A DNA stretch of 64,000 nucleotides from a virus. Below the pieces are notes generated by a model. That model was not told where the DNA came from. It saw only the letters and a list, made by a program, of their open reading frames with translations, and did not search any database. The translations under genes and the position numbers were made by a program. This document shows positions 38,003 through 47,353 of the stretch, piece after piece. The stretch spans positions 1 to 64,000 of IMG/VR virus record IMGVR_UViG_3300019762_000006; one strand, given 5' to 3'. Position 1 is the first letter of the stretch, and every line of letters starts with the position of its first letter.

Positions 38003-41000
38003 ATGGGTTGTTCAGCACAAGATCAAATAGCAGGCTACAAAACAATAAATAAAAAGTTAAGAGAATTAAATCCAAATGTAGATCCAATAGGACTGCAGTT
38101 TGGTATAAACAAGTACTGGCTAGGCTTAGAAAATAATATAATGACTGATGCTGAAAAAGATGTATACAACACATTAGTAAAGCAAACAGAAGGGATAGCA
38201 TTAATAAACTTAGGCGGAACTAAACAATTGCAAGAACAGTTGGTGTTCGTTAAAGACATAGGTAAAGAGTATGTAATACATTTAGAAAGTGGTAAAAACT
38301 ACACATTCGAAAAAGGTAAAGCACAAAGTAATCCAACAAGAGCTGGTAGAACAGTAATGATGCCTGCAATGGAATTGACTAAAACATATCAAAATTCTGT
38401 AAAAGGTAGTGACCAAAACACACAAATAGGAGAAACTGAAGCAGATAAATTCATAGAACAAGAAGTAATAGATCTAGGCACAACACTAACAGATAAGTTC
38501 ATGGAAATGGCTGAGATGAATCAGGAAAGTTCAGGGTTAAAAGAACTAAGAAACAAAATGAAGATAATTGGTGAGTATGAAGTAAAGATAAATGAGTACA
38601 ATGCAAGAAATGAAGAAGCTCCAGCAAAGTTAATGGAAGACTACAACAAAACCTACGATGAGGCTGAAGCAATACAAGCAACACTGACAGAGTTTGAAGT
38701 ACTGACATCAACTGTGTTAAATACATACCAAGTAACAATGACTAATTTAGGCACTGGTGAACTAAAGATGCAAATGTTTGAGAATGCAAATAGCCAAACT
38801 GCGGCATCTATAGATTTGCGAACAAATGAAATGAAAGCTAGATGGAATAAAATGTCAAGAATAACAAACTTGAGTGAAGCGTTCCTACATGAGATAAACC
38901 ACAAGATGTCAAGTCACGTGTTCGATGCAAATGTACAACTAACAAGACTAATGAAAGACTTGCGAGATAGTGCAATAAATAGTGGTGTAACCTATGAACT
39001 GTTTCTAGACAAGATTGCTGATCCAACAGAACAAGAAATAGAAATAGCAAAGATGAAGTTTAAGTATGTGTTTGACAAAACAGCAGATATAGAAGAGTTC
39101 TACGCATATGCAACAACAAATGAGCAAGTATACAATGCGATAAAAGATGTGAAGATATCAATACCGCTAATAAAAGACCTTGAAATAGACCCTAGTAAAC
39201 CAAGCTCAATAAAAAAGGTACTAAATGCACTAATAAAAACAGTAAATACAATATGGACAACGCTAAGTGGAAGAGGAAAACGTGGTGGTCAACTAGTAGC
39301 AGAAATGGTAACAACAATAGCTAAACTAGATGCAGAAATGATGCAACAAAAAATGGTAGATGAGAATGAACAGCCTGGAGTAAGTAGCTACGCAAGAGCT
39401 AAAATGAATAGCATAGATGAGCTAATAGAACCTGTGGTAAAGAAAGTGGGAGATTGGTCAGAGAAGTTAAGTGAAGCTGGACCAAAAGATGTAAGTAAGC
39501 AAATAGCCAAAATACCAGTACTAAATGAACTAATGAATACTGGAATAACCCAATACTTGTGGAGAGCGGTAACGCAAGATACAACAACAGAGGATGTGGC
39601 AGATATGTACGCAGTGTTTAGACATAGTAAGCAAGTGGTAGAGAAACATACAGCAGACATTAGAAATGGGGTTAAGTCAGTAGCAACTGAAATGTTCAAA
39701 GACACAGACAAAACAACAAAAGACGCAATAACAAAAGTAGTACTAAGTGGAGATATGGCACAGTTCACAGCAAGTGAGATACAAGAGTACCTAAATGAGC
39801 CTGCTAAAATACAAGAAGAAATAGAAAAGCTAACAAAAATAGTACATTTGGGAGCAAGTAAAGAACTAGTAAAAAGTAGGGATAAGCAAATAGATGGACT
39901 AGCTGAGTACTTAGTAAGTGGTAAAACAGTAGCACATGATCAACAAATAAATGCAAATAATATAGCAGCAAATATGCAAATAGCGCATAGAGTGCCAAAA
40001 AGAAAGATGCCTGAAAGACCAAGTAAAGAATTAATCGATACGATAGATAAAATAGTGTCCCTAAAAGTGCTCCAAAAGTCCGATGAAGTACACACTAAAG
40101 CAATAAAAGAGTTGGTGTCTAATAAAGACGGAGTAGAATTGCTAGATAAAACAATAAATATGTATAGAGGATACATAGATAACATGAGAGCAGATGCAAC
40201 AATAGATGCACATGATCCAATACCAAAAGGATACACAAGACCAGCAGATGGACTGCTAAGATACGAGTTAATCCCTGAAGATGAAGTAAAAGCTCAGGAA
40301 AGTGTGCTAATGAGATTGGTAAATGATAAACCGTACACAATAGTAGAAGGTAAAAAATACTACTTAATGACGGGTAGAACTAAGTCAGTAGGGTTCAGTG
40401 AAGGTGCTATTGGGTTAATATCACATACAACTGAAGGTATACCCCTAAGTTCACTAATAAGAAAAAACAATGAAATGAAAGGAAATAAAGGACTAATAGA
40501 TGGGGAACTAAGAGCTAAAACAAAACAGATAGTAGAAGCAATTAGAAATTCAAAAAATGGTAGAATAAATAAGTTTGCAATGATAGAAGGACAAACACTA
40601 GTACCAGTGTACAACCACAGAAATGAGATAGTAGACTACAGAATACAGTTGAATAACCTAGAAAAAGAGATGTACTTGCCAGATAGAGAAACAGAGATAG
40701 AAGATATACTAAGTAACACATTCAGTAGAAGTATAAAAACTTCACTAACAGCCACAGAGAACAAAAGAGTGGTAGATACAATAATAGAAAACAGTGGTAG
40801 AGGAGTACTAGAAAATCCAGATGACTACGTGCTAGTAGAAGAATATACTGAAGAAGATAAAATGAATGGTGTTAAGCGTGAAAAAAGGCATGATAGATGG
40901 GAATACTTACCAGACCACACAAAAGACTACATATATCAAAGAACTAGCAATAAAGGTATACTAGTACACAAAGACTTCGTAGAATTAATGACTGGTGAAA

Positions 41001-42007
41001 AAGATGTGACGATTGGGAACTTTGCAAAGTTTGGGTTTGATATGAAACAACACCCTGTAGCAAAAGCTAGATTAATGGCATTGGAAGCCTATATAACTGA
41101 AATACTAAGCTATGTGAAGCAAGCAATGGTTGTGCTAAATGGGGATATACTAGTTGGTAACCAAGTGAGTAATGCAATGGTAGCAGCAAGTCACGGAATA
41201 AACCCAGTAAAATACACTAAAAAGTTCAAACAGAGATGGCAACAATTAAATGACTACAATGAAAAAGTACAAATGTTATCAGAGTTAGAAGTTAAGCAAA
41301 TGGCTGGTGAAAATGTTGGGTTAGAGATAAGACAACTGAAGAAACAGTTAGAAGGTAATATATGGGATGAATTGGTAAAAGATGGTCAATACACTGCGTT
41401 AGTGGAAGACGTAAATATAGAAGCTAAACTAGATGGACAAATTGCAACAATGGTACAACAACAAATAGATAAAAGTAACTTCAAAGGAATAATAGAAGGA
41501 GTTAGAAATGGTCTGTATATAGATAAAACAACAGCACTGTATCAAACAATGGCAAAATCAGTACACTATGGTGATGCGATAACAAGACAAATAATAAAAG
41601 AAGAATTGGAAGAAAAAGCAATAAAGAGAGAAGGAGAGTTAACAGAAGATGTAAAAAAAGATATACTAAACTACCTAGATCAGTTGCTAGTAAACTACGG
41701 ATACACAATGAACCGGTGGTGGAAGTACTCAGAGAGAGTGGGAGGGTTGTTCTTTATGCGATACTACATGGGACAAGCAAAAGCTATAATGAGTATGGCA
41801 AAAAAGAGTCCAACAAGGACAGCACTACTGCAAGGTGTGCAAAAAGTGACTGGTGTGGATATAGCAGACCCAATAGACACATATACCAATAGTGGTATAG
41901 ATGGAGTAACTTATAGGCATATGTTTACAGAAGCTCCTTACTTATTAGCAGAACCTAACATACTTGATCTTATACCCGACATGTCCGCGGCATTTGTAAT
42001 GAGGTAG
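38003..42007 (+). CDS. vRNAP C-terminal part as a separate ORF, with zincin-like domain
   Basis: FLHEINH and EEFYAYATTN; INANNIA, LVPVYN, HYGDAITR, LVNY resemble N4-type vRNAP C-terminal regions. Confidence 0.8.
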   Translation: MGCSAQDQIAGYKTINKKLRELNPNVDPIGLQFGINKYWLGLENNIMTDAEKDVYNTLVKQTEGIALINLGGTKQLQEQLVFVKDIGKEYVIHLESGKNYTFEKGKAQSNPTRAGRTVMMPAMELTKTYQNSVKGSDQNTQIGETEADKFIEQEVIDLGTTLTDKFMEMAEMNQESSGLKELRNKMKIIGEYEVKINEYNARNEEAPAKLMEDYNKTYDEAEAIQATLTEFEVLTSTVLNTYQVTMTNLGTGELKMQMFENANSQTAASIDLRTNEMKARWNKMSRITNLSEAFLHEINHKMSSHVFDANVQLTRLMKDLRDSAINSGVTYELFLDKIADPTEQEIEIAKMKFKYVFDKTADIEEFYAYATTNEQVYNAIKDVKISIPLIKDLEIDPSKPSSIKKVLNALIKTVNTIWTTLSGRGKRGGQLVAEMVTTIAKLDAEMMQQKMVDENEQPGVSSYARAKMNSIDELIEPVVKKVGDWSEKLSEAGPKDVSKQIAKIPVLNELMNTGITQYLWRAVTQDTTTEDVADMYAVFRHSKQVVEKHTADIRNGVKSVATEMFKDTDKTTKDAITKVVLSGDMAQFTASEIQEYLNEPAKIQEEIEKLTKIVHLGASKELVKSRDKQIDGLAEYLVSGKTVAHDQQINANNIAANMQIAHRVPKRKMPERPSKELIDTIDKIVSLKVLQKSDEVHTKAIKELVSNKDGVELLDKTINMYRGYIDNMRADATIDAHDPIPKGYTRPADGLLRYELIPEDEVKAQESVLMRLVNDKPYTIVEGKKYYLMTGRTKSVGFSEGAIGLISHTTEGIPLSSLIRKNNEMKGNKGLIDGELRAKTKQIVEAIRNSKNGRINKFAMIEGQTLVPVYNHRNEIVDYRIQLNNLEKEMYLPDRETEIEDILSNTFSRSIKTSLTATENKRVVDTIIENSGRGVLENPDDYVLVEEYTEEDKMNGVKREKRHDRWEYLPDHTKDYIYQRTSNKGILVHKDFVELMTGEKDVTIGNFAKFGFDMKQHPVAKARLMALEAYITEILSYVKQAMVVLNGDILVGNQVSNAMVAASHGINPVKYTKKFKQRWQQLNDYNEKVQMLSELEVKQMAGENVGLEIRQLKKQLEGNIWDELVKDGQYTALVEDVNIEAKLDGQIATMVQQQIDKSNFKGIIEGVRNGLYIDKTTALYQTMAKSVHYGDAITRQIIKEELEEKAIKREGELTEDVKKDILNYLDQLLVNYGYTMNRWWKYSERVGGLFFMRYYMGQAKAIMSMAKKSPTRTALLQGVQKVTGVDIADPIDTYTNSGIDGVTYRHMFTEAPYLLAEPNILDLIPDMSAAFVMR

Positions 42008-42067
42008 TTAAGGGAAAATTAAGAAAGTTATGCTATAATTGGAGTACTAAATAAGAAAGGTGTTCCA

Positions 42068-42247
42068 ATGTACAAACAAAATAAACCAGTAAGAGTAGGT
42101 ATGACAATTAAATCAGACTTACTAAAAGAAATGAAAGACTACTTAAAACAAGTAAATGAAAACAAGTCACTAAAATACGTAAGTCAGTCAGAGTTTGTAA
42201 ATGAGGCAATTGCTCAGCTGTTAAATAAGGAGCTGGGAGATGCGTAG
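42068..42247 (+). CDS. ribbon-helix-helix protein (59 aa)
   Basis: Translated by hand: MYKQNKPVRVGMTIKSDLLKEMKDYL...VSQSEFVNEAIAQLL. Confidence 0.8.
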   Translation: MYKQNKPVRVGMTIKSDLLKEMKDYLKQVNENKSLKYVSQSEFVNEAIAQLLNKELGDA

Positions 42248-43124
42248 GTTGACAACAGAAGAATGGATAGAGAAAGCTATAAAAGTTCATGGTAATAAGT
42301 ATGACTATAGTAAAGTGAACTACATAACAAATAACACTAAAGTAATAGTTATTTGCCCAATACATGGAGAAATAGAACAAGTGCCACGAAGTCATCTGGC
42401 TACTGTTGGGTGCCAGAAGTGTGCTAATAAAACAAAGCTGGCTAAAGAAGAGTTTATAGAGAGGGCAATAAAAGTACACGGAGATGTATATGATTATACT
42501 AAGACTGTTTATAAAAATACATATTCGAAAGTGCTCATAACCTGCCCAATACATGGTGACTGGGCACAACTCCCAATGGGTCATCTACAAAGTAGAGGCT
42601 GTCCTAAGTGTGCTATAGAAAGCAGAGTTGCGAAAAACTCAAAAACTACAGAGCAGTTTATAGAGGAAGCTAAGAAAGTGCATAATAGTAAGTATAACTA
42701 TACTAAAGTAGAGTACGTAAATCATAAAGAAAAAGTAATCATAATATGCCCAGAGCATGGAGAGTTTATGCAAAGTCCAAACAGTCATTTAATAGGTAAA
42801 GGATGTCCAAGCTGTGCTGTTACCGGGTTCGATAAAACTAAACCAGGACTGCTATACTACTTAAAAGTAACACTAGAAGATGGTAAAGAGTTGTATAAAA
42901 TCGGGATCACCAATAGGTCTGTGAATAGAAGGTTTAATCCAACAGAGTTAAAAAAGATAAAAGTGATAAAAGTAGAAGAATTTAAGTCAGGTAAAGATGC
43001 TTGGGATAAAGAAAGAGGGATACTAAGTAAGTATAAAGAGTACAAGTACATAGGTCCAGATGTGCTGGACTCAGGCAATACTGAATTGTTCACAGAGAAT
43101 GTAATGGCACTAAAATTGAATTGA
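42240..43124 (+). CDS. putative homing endonuclease: 3 DUF723-like Zn repeats + GIY-YIG (T5orf172-like) domain
   Basis: YDY.K..Y....KV.I.CP.HG...Q.P..HL..GC..C x3; LYYLKV..LYKIGITNR..GNTELF. Confidence 0.8.
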   Translation: MRRLTTEEWIEKAIKVHGNKYDYSKVNYITNNTKVIVICPIHGEIEQVPRSHLATVGCQKCANKTKLAKEEFIERAIKVHGDVYDYTKTVYKNTYSKVLITCPIHGDWAQLPMGHLQSRGCPKCAIESRVAKNSKTTEQFIEEAKKVHNSKYNYTKVEYVNHKEKVIIICPEHGEFMQSPNSHLIGKGCPSCAVTGFDKTKPGLLYYLKVTLEDGKELYKIGITNRSVNRRFNPTELKKIKVIKVEEFKSGKDAWDKERGILSKYKEYKYIGPDVLDSGNTELFTENVMALKLN

Positions 43125-43215
43125 TACCAAGTCTAAATGCTGCTTTCGTCATGCGTTGATGGGTCATTAGACTCCTCACGCCAGTACAAGAATATGATTA
43201 ATGCTACTAATGCTA

Positions 43216-43377
43216 CTACTTCCATAAGGGCCTCCTCTTAAGAATGTGCCTAATAGCAGGTAAGCAAAAATAGATTACTAAACCAACGAATAGAACTACA
43301 ATAAGCTGGAATGCATAGAATCCGGCAACAATAATAAGTATACAAACAAGAGCTAGTAAGATATCTCTGAAACTCAT
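43216..43377 (-). CDS. small membrane protein (likely start MSFRDILL)
   Basis: Hydrophobic; GAGG SD and ATGA overlap at the internal Met. Confidence 0.5.
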   Translation of the reverse strand: MSFRDILLALVCILIIVAGFYAFQLIVVLFVGLVIYFCLPAIRHILKRRPLWK

Positions 43378-43604
43378 TTGAGTAACCTCATAAGGTTTGG
43401 CGGATAAATAAATAGGTAAATAGATACAATAAATGAAGCAATCATGCCTACATAAATTCCACCCTGACCGGCAATAGAAAATAAAGCACATATGCTGATA
43501 AATATAGCTAAGTCAAGTATGCCGTCCTTCTTACGATTGTGGGTGAGCTTGTAAATAATAAAAATGAAATTCAGTGCTGTAACAATGCCTACAATAACTA
43601 ACAT
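43374..43604 (-). CDS. small membrane protein (76 aa)
   Basis: Three hydrophobic stretches; GGAGG SD. Confidence 0.65.
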   Translation of the reverse strand: MLVIVGIVTALNFIFIIYKLTHNRKKDGILDLAIFISICALFSIAGQGGIYVGMIASFIVSIYLFIYPPNLMRLLK

Positions 43605-43606
43605 AC

Positions 43607-43981
43607 TTAAATCCTCCCAATTGAGCGGTAATGTAACAACTCATCCAGTAATTTAGTCCCTAGTTCGCTGTGTGTATATGCTAATGAGTAAGCAACAGAC
43701 TCAATAGCCTTTGGGGACTCTGACAGACGCTCAATAAATTGTTCAGACATACCGTTAGGTTGGTGTGATAACCATTCTGCCACATCATATGCAAAACTAT
43801 CAGTAGATTGTACTAAATTGAGTGCATCCTCGTAAGATACATTAGATAAAGCAAACTGCTCAATAGTTGTGTATTCTGAGTTATCTAATATATGTTCAAT
43901 AAGATCAGATTCATCTACTTCTGAGATAAATCCTCCCTCAAATTCCAATGTCTGTTCATAGTCCTGTATAAATAGGTTCAT
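43607..43981 (-). CDS. acidic hypothetical protein (124 aa)
   Basis: AAGGA SD. Confidence 0.7.
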   Translation of the reverse strand: MNLFIQDYEQTLEFEGGFISEVDESDLIEHILDNSEYTTIEQFALSNVSYEDALNLVQSTDSFAYDVAEWLSHQPNGMSEQFIERLSESPKAIESVAYSLAYTHSELGTKLLDELLHYRSIGRI

Positions 43982-44019
43982 ATTAATTCCTTAAAATAAT
44001 AAAATTGGTAACTAAGTAC

Positions 44020-44037
44020 AACCCTCCGTAGAGGGCT
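44020..44037 (-). terminator. C(UACG)G hairpin, possible terminator
   Basis: Minus strand AGCCCTC-TACG-GAGGGTT. Confidence 0.45.
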
Positions 44038-44067
44038 GAGTTAATTACGTGTGTATAGTAGTTTCTG

Positions 44068-44259
44068 CTACCACCACCCGAAAACTACTCCTAGTCCGTG
44101 GAACCAGCCTACAGGAGGTACTATTGCACCTGCCACTAGAAGTAGATACTTTTCTGTTTGAAAGCAATATACTAAATGGTATATAAATGGTCCTAGAGCT
44201 GCCAACAGTCCTACAATCCACATACTTATAATAGCTACTAGAGAAGATAAGTTATTCAT
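44068..44259 (-). CDS. small membrane protein (63 aa)
   Basis: LLVAGAIVPPVGWFHG; AAGGA SD. Confidence 0.7.
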   Translation of the reverse strand: MNNLSSLVAIISMWIVGLLAALGPFIYHLVYCFQTEKYLLLVAGAIVPPVGWFHGLGVVFGWW

Positions 44260-44260
44260 A

Positions 44261-44719
44261 TTAATTCCTTTGGTCCAATAATTTTTGCAATTCTGCTTCA
44301 GGTCCTACAAAGCCTTCTGGCTTCATAAGCTTACCTGCAGAATCAACTTGTTTGTTAACTAGCTTAGCATTATTAAACTGCATAACTATGTTAAGTGCTT
44401 TGGTAATTTGCTGTGCATCTAGACCAAGTTTAGCCATAGATCCAATAGCATAAACTACTGCATCACATGCTTTGTCTAGTCTATCTACATCAGATAATTC
44501 ATAATTGTAATTTGCTTGAGATACTATTTCCCTAGAAATCTCTTTTGCATCAGCCACTTCACTTCCCATATTCAACTGCATAGCCAAATAAGGTAAAGTG
44601 TTATGTCCTTCAAGAGCTTCCTCAATTTGAAATGAAGATTCTAAAAAGTCGTCATAGGGTTTCTCTAACAGTCCTGCGTCCTTGTTGTACTTAACTATTG
44701 ATTTAATTGGATTAAGCAT
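44261..44719 (-). CDS. MazG-like / PRA-PH nucleotide pyrophosphohydrolase
   Basis: IEEALE...LDKACDAVVYAIG...VMQFNNAK...GKLMKPEGF. Confidence 0.75.
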   Translation of the reverse strand: MLNPIKSIVKYNKDAGLLEKPYDDFLESSFQIEEALEGHNTLPYLAMQLNMGSEVADAKEISREIVSQANYNYELSDVDRLDKACDAVVYAIGSMAKLGLDAQQITKALNIVMQFNNAKLVNKQVDSAGKLMKPEGFVGPEAELQKLLDQRN

Positions 44720-44760
44720 TACTTTTTACCTGGCTTCTTAGTTTTTGATTTACATGCCAT
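44719..44760 (-). CDS. 13-aa basic peptide MACKSKTKKPGKK
   Basis: GGAG SD; fills the gap exactly; TAATG coupling. Confidence 0.45.
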   Translation of the reverse strand: MACKSKTKKPGKK

Positions 44761-44761
44761 A

Positions 44762-45139
44762 TTAAGCTCCTAGCATTTGTTTAAGTCTTGCTAACTTAAG
44801 CATAGTGTCTGCTTGATCTGGTGTGATGTCTGTGTCTTTAGATAAGGTATTGTTTATAACTTCATCAATTAGCTTTAAGTTGTGACAGTGAATGCAGTAA
44901 TCCTCATCTGGATCTACTTCAGACTCGTCTAAAGACTGTAGATAGTCCTCTGTGATATGAGGTTCACATTCGTATAGCTCAGTTGGATTTACCATAAAGA
45001 ATATAGTACCTTCAGTGTCCTGGATATACTCGTATCCCTCACCGTACGCATACTCTGCGTCTGCTGCAAATAAAATTTGTTGTTTCTTAGTTGCTTCTGG
45101 TCCACCTGAGAATCCAGATGTGTAAATAAATTGTCCCAT
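44762..45139 (-). CDS. acidic hypothetical protein (125 aa)
   Basis: AAGGA SD. Confidence 0.7.
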   Translation of the reverse strand: MGQFIYTSGFSGGPEATKKQQILFAADAEYAYGEGYEYIQDTEGTIFFMVNPTELYECEPHITEDYLQSLDESEVDPDEDYCIHCHNLKLIDEVINNTLSKDTDITPDQADTMLKLARLKQMLGA

Positions 45140-45181
45140 AAAATTCCTTTTAAAGTTGGGTTTGGTTCTGCACTAAGTGCA

Positions 45182-45352
45182 CTACTCTTCTATCTGTATA
45201 TGTTCAATGTTTCCCAACGGGTACATCTTGGTTAAGGTTCGACTGTTGTGTTGGTCGTCAATGACTACAAGAAAGAAGTTGCTAACAAACTCGTATGATG
45301 TAACATTTGTGTAACACTTCCTATCTTCAGCAAAACTGATCTTTACTACCAT
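45182..45352 (-). CDS. small hypothetical protein (56 aa, MVVKISFAEDRK...)
   Basis: Translated by hand; AAGGAG SD. Confidence 0.6.
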   Translation of the reverse strand: MVVKISFAEDRKCYTNVTSYEFVSNFFLVVIDDQHNSRTLTKMYPLGNIEHIQIEE

Positions 45353-45377
45353 AATTCTCCTTTCCTAGCAATTATTG

Positions 45378-45896
45378 CTATGTGATGTTTTCTTTATTTG
45401 CTAGTGTACGTGTATACTTAACATAAGTCCAGTCTGGAGAATTTATACCTTTAGTAATGACTGCTGTGCTATTACGCTCCCACTCAGATCCGATTGTTGG
45501 GAAGTAAGTGTCTGCTTCACCAGTCCAGTCCATATGAGATATATGAAGTTCCTCTGCTAATGGTAAAGCTTGCTCGTAGATTGAGGCTCCACCAATAATG
45601 AATACTTCGTCACAACCGAACCCTTTCGCTTCAGCTATAGCTGCAGTTAAGGAAGGTTTGACAGAATGGGCCAGATTGAATTTAGGATGCCACTTATCTT
45701 GAGATGTAATGACAATATGAGTTCTGTCAGGTAAAATACCGGGTAGTGATTCAAATGTCTTACGTCCCATAATAATTGGTTTGCCTAAAGTAAGTTGCTT
45801 GAAATGTTCCAAGTCCGACTTAGACTTCCAGAGAAGTTGGTTATTCAGTCCTATCTCGTTGTTCTTGCCTATTGCTGCTATTACGTTAATTTTCAT
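45378..45896 (-). CDS. folA: dihydrofolate reductase
   Basis: IG.NNQLLW..SDLEHFK..T..IIMGRKTFES..LP.R; FIIGGA.IY; ADTYFP. Confidence 0.95.
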   Translation of the reverse strand: MKINVIAAIGKNNEIGLNNQLLWKSKSDLEHFKQLTLGKPIIMGRKTFESLPGILPDRTHIVITSQDKWHPKFNLAHSVKPSLTAAIAEAKGFGCDEVFIIGGASIYEQALPLAEELHISHMDWTGEADTYFPTIGSEWERNSTAVITKGINSPDWTYVKYTRTLANKENIT

Positions 45897-46080
45897 AAAT
45901 TAAACTCCTTAGTAAACTTTTCTCTGCTCATCTTAAGACTATCACGTTCCTCTTTAGATTTCTTTGAGAGTTCTTTCATCTTTTCCTGTTAAACATACCA
46001 AAAATCCGTACTAACAGAACAATCAGGGATTTTACTGAAATCTGGCAGCGGTTTATAGGAGTCCAGTTTGGAGTCACCAC

Positions 46081-46980
46081 TCATACTGCCATCTCCGCTT
46101 TAATAGTAGGATGTGGGTCATATCCAGTAAGTGTGAATGAATCCATAGTGAAGTCGTCAAGACAAGTGATGTTTGGGTCAAGTGTCATAGTTGGTAATGG
46201 TCTAGGCTCTCTGCTGAGCTGTAGCTTACACTGTTCAACATGATTAGAGTAAATGTGCACATCACCGCCCGTGTAGATTAGTTCACCAAGTTTTAGATTA
46301 CATACTTGCGCTACCATCATAGTTAATAATGCGTAACTAGCAAGGTTGTACGGTAAACCTAATAGGACATCAGTTGATCGCATATGAAACATACAGGATA
46401 ACTTACCGTTAACTACATAGAACTGAAACCCATAGTGACATGGGGGTAAAGCCATATCGTCTATTTCTGCTACGTTCCATGCAGATACGATATGTCTGCG
46501 TGAGTCTGGATTGGTCTTGATTGACTCAATAACCTGTGCTATTTGGTCTATATTAAATATCTCAACAGTTTCTCCTTCAACAGCATCAAAACCAATTCTA
46601 ACTTGTGGAGTCTTTCTCCATTGTCTACCATACACAGGACCAAGTTCCTTGACTAAGTCAGTATTCTCGTAGCCTAGGTCTTTTCCTTGAGCGTCTGCAT
46701 TAGCTGTCCAGATAGTTTGCTTACCAATTAATTGCTCTCTTGGTAAACCGTACTGAATCTCTGCTAATCTACGCTCGTCAGTTGAACCTTCTAGGAACCA
46801 CAGTAACTCTGCAATAATGCCTTTAGTGAACATTTTCTTAGTTGTGACTAGTGGAAAACCTTCTGCTAAATTAAATCGCATTTGTGCCCCAAACATAGAT
46901 ATAGTGCCTGTACCAGTTCTGTCAGATTTAACAGTTCCGTGTTCAAGTACTTCTCTAATCAGGTTGTGATATTGTTTCAT
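46081..46980 (-). CDS. thyA: thymidylate synthase
   Basis: [50 protein letters not shown]. Confidence 0.97.
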   Translation of the reverse strand: MKQYHNLIREVLEHGTVKSDRTGTGTISMFGAQMRFNLAEGFPLVTTKKMFTKGIIAELLWFLEGSTDERRLAEIQYGLPREQLIGKQTIWTANADAQGKDLGYENTDLVKELGPVYGRQWRKTPQVRIGFDAVEGETVEIFNIDQIAQVIESIKTNPDSRRHIVSAWNVAEIDDMALPPCHYGFQFYVVNGKLSCMFHMRSTDVLLGLPYNLASYALLTMMVAQVCNLKLGELIYTGGDVHIYSNHVEQCKLQLSREPRPLPTMTLDPNITCLDDFTMDSFTLTGYDPHPTIKAEMAV

Positions 46981-47353
46981 GTTGTTCCTTTAAGTTTAGT
47001 TGTCTAATTCTTTCTTGTTCAAAATGTAACAAAAATGCCACATTTGTAATAGCATGAGATAAATGAGTCTTTGAGCTTTCTTTGTCAAATGTTTCGCCTG
47101 AACGATAAGCTTCCAGATGTCTATATAAAGCATCTAGATAGCGCTCTTCTCCGTTATGAATCGTTTGCCAAGAATTTGCCGCATACTTCTCTGCACCAAA
47201 TGTAAGTATATCAGCTATGGCCTTAATGGCTATAGGAGGCACTAAAGAATAGCGTAACTTGCCTGTATCATGTTTGGGAGATATACCTGCGGCGAGTTTC
47301 TCATCTTTACAAAGATGACAAGTTTCCATCGGTTCGCATATACATGTATCCAT
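46955..47353 (-). CDS. DUF5664 dATP/dGTP diphosphohydrolase-domain protein
   Basis: [42 protein letters not shown]. Confidence 0.8.
   Translation of the reverse strand: MDTCICEPMETCHLCKDEKLAAGISPKHDTGKLRYSLVPPIAIKAIADILTFGAEKYAANSWQTIHNGEERYLDALYRHLEAYRSGETFDKESSKTHLSHAITNVAFLLHFEQERIRQLNLKEQHETISQPD

Larger units (their letters stand above)
42019..43124 (+). mobile_element. promoter + RHH + endonuclease cassette, copy 1
   Basis: Own TTAAG-N10-TATAAT promoter; paralogous cassette at 57882-58986. Confidence 0.6.

Noticed and set aside
37998-38005. Stop-codon readthrough or amber recoding joining the two vRNAP ORFs
   Set aside because: The downstream ATG is out of frame (TAG-AT-ATG) and has its own AAGGA SD; TAG is an ordinary stop in many genes here, such as terL and the capsid gene
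30917-41708. Many minus-strand ORFs inside the vRNAP and structural genes
   Set aside because: Ser/Leu/Phe-rich shadow frames of A-rich coding sequence with no SD or motifs
46955-47353. 2-aminoadenine (Z-base) genome
   Set aside because: DUF5664 alone is insufficient; no PurZ in the window
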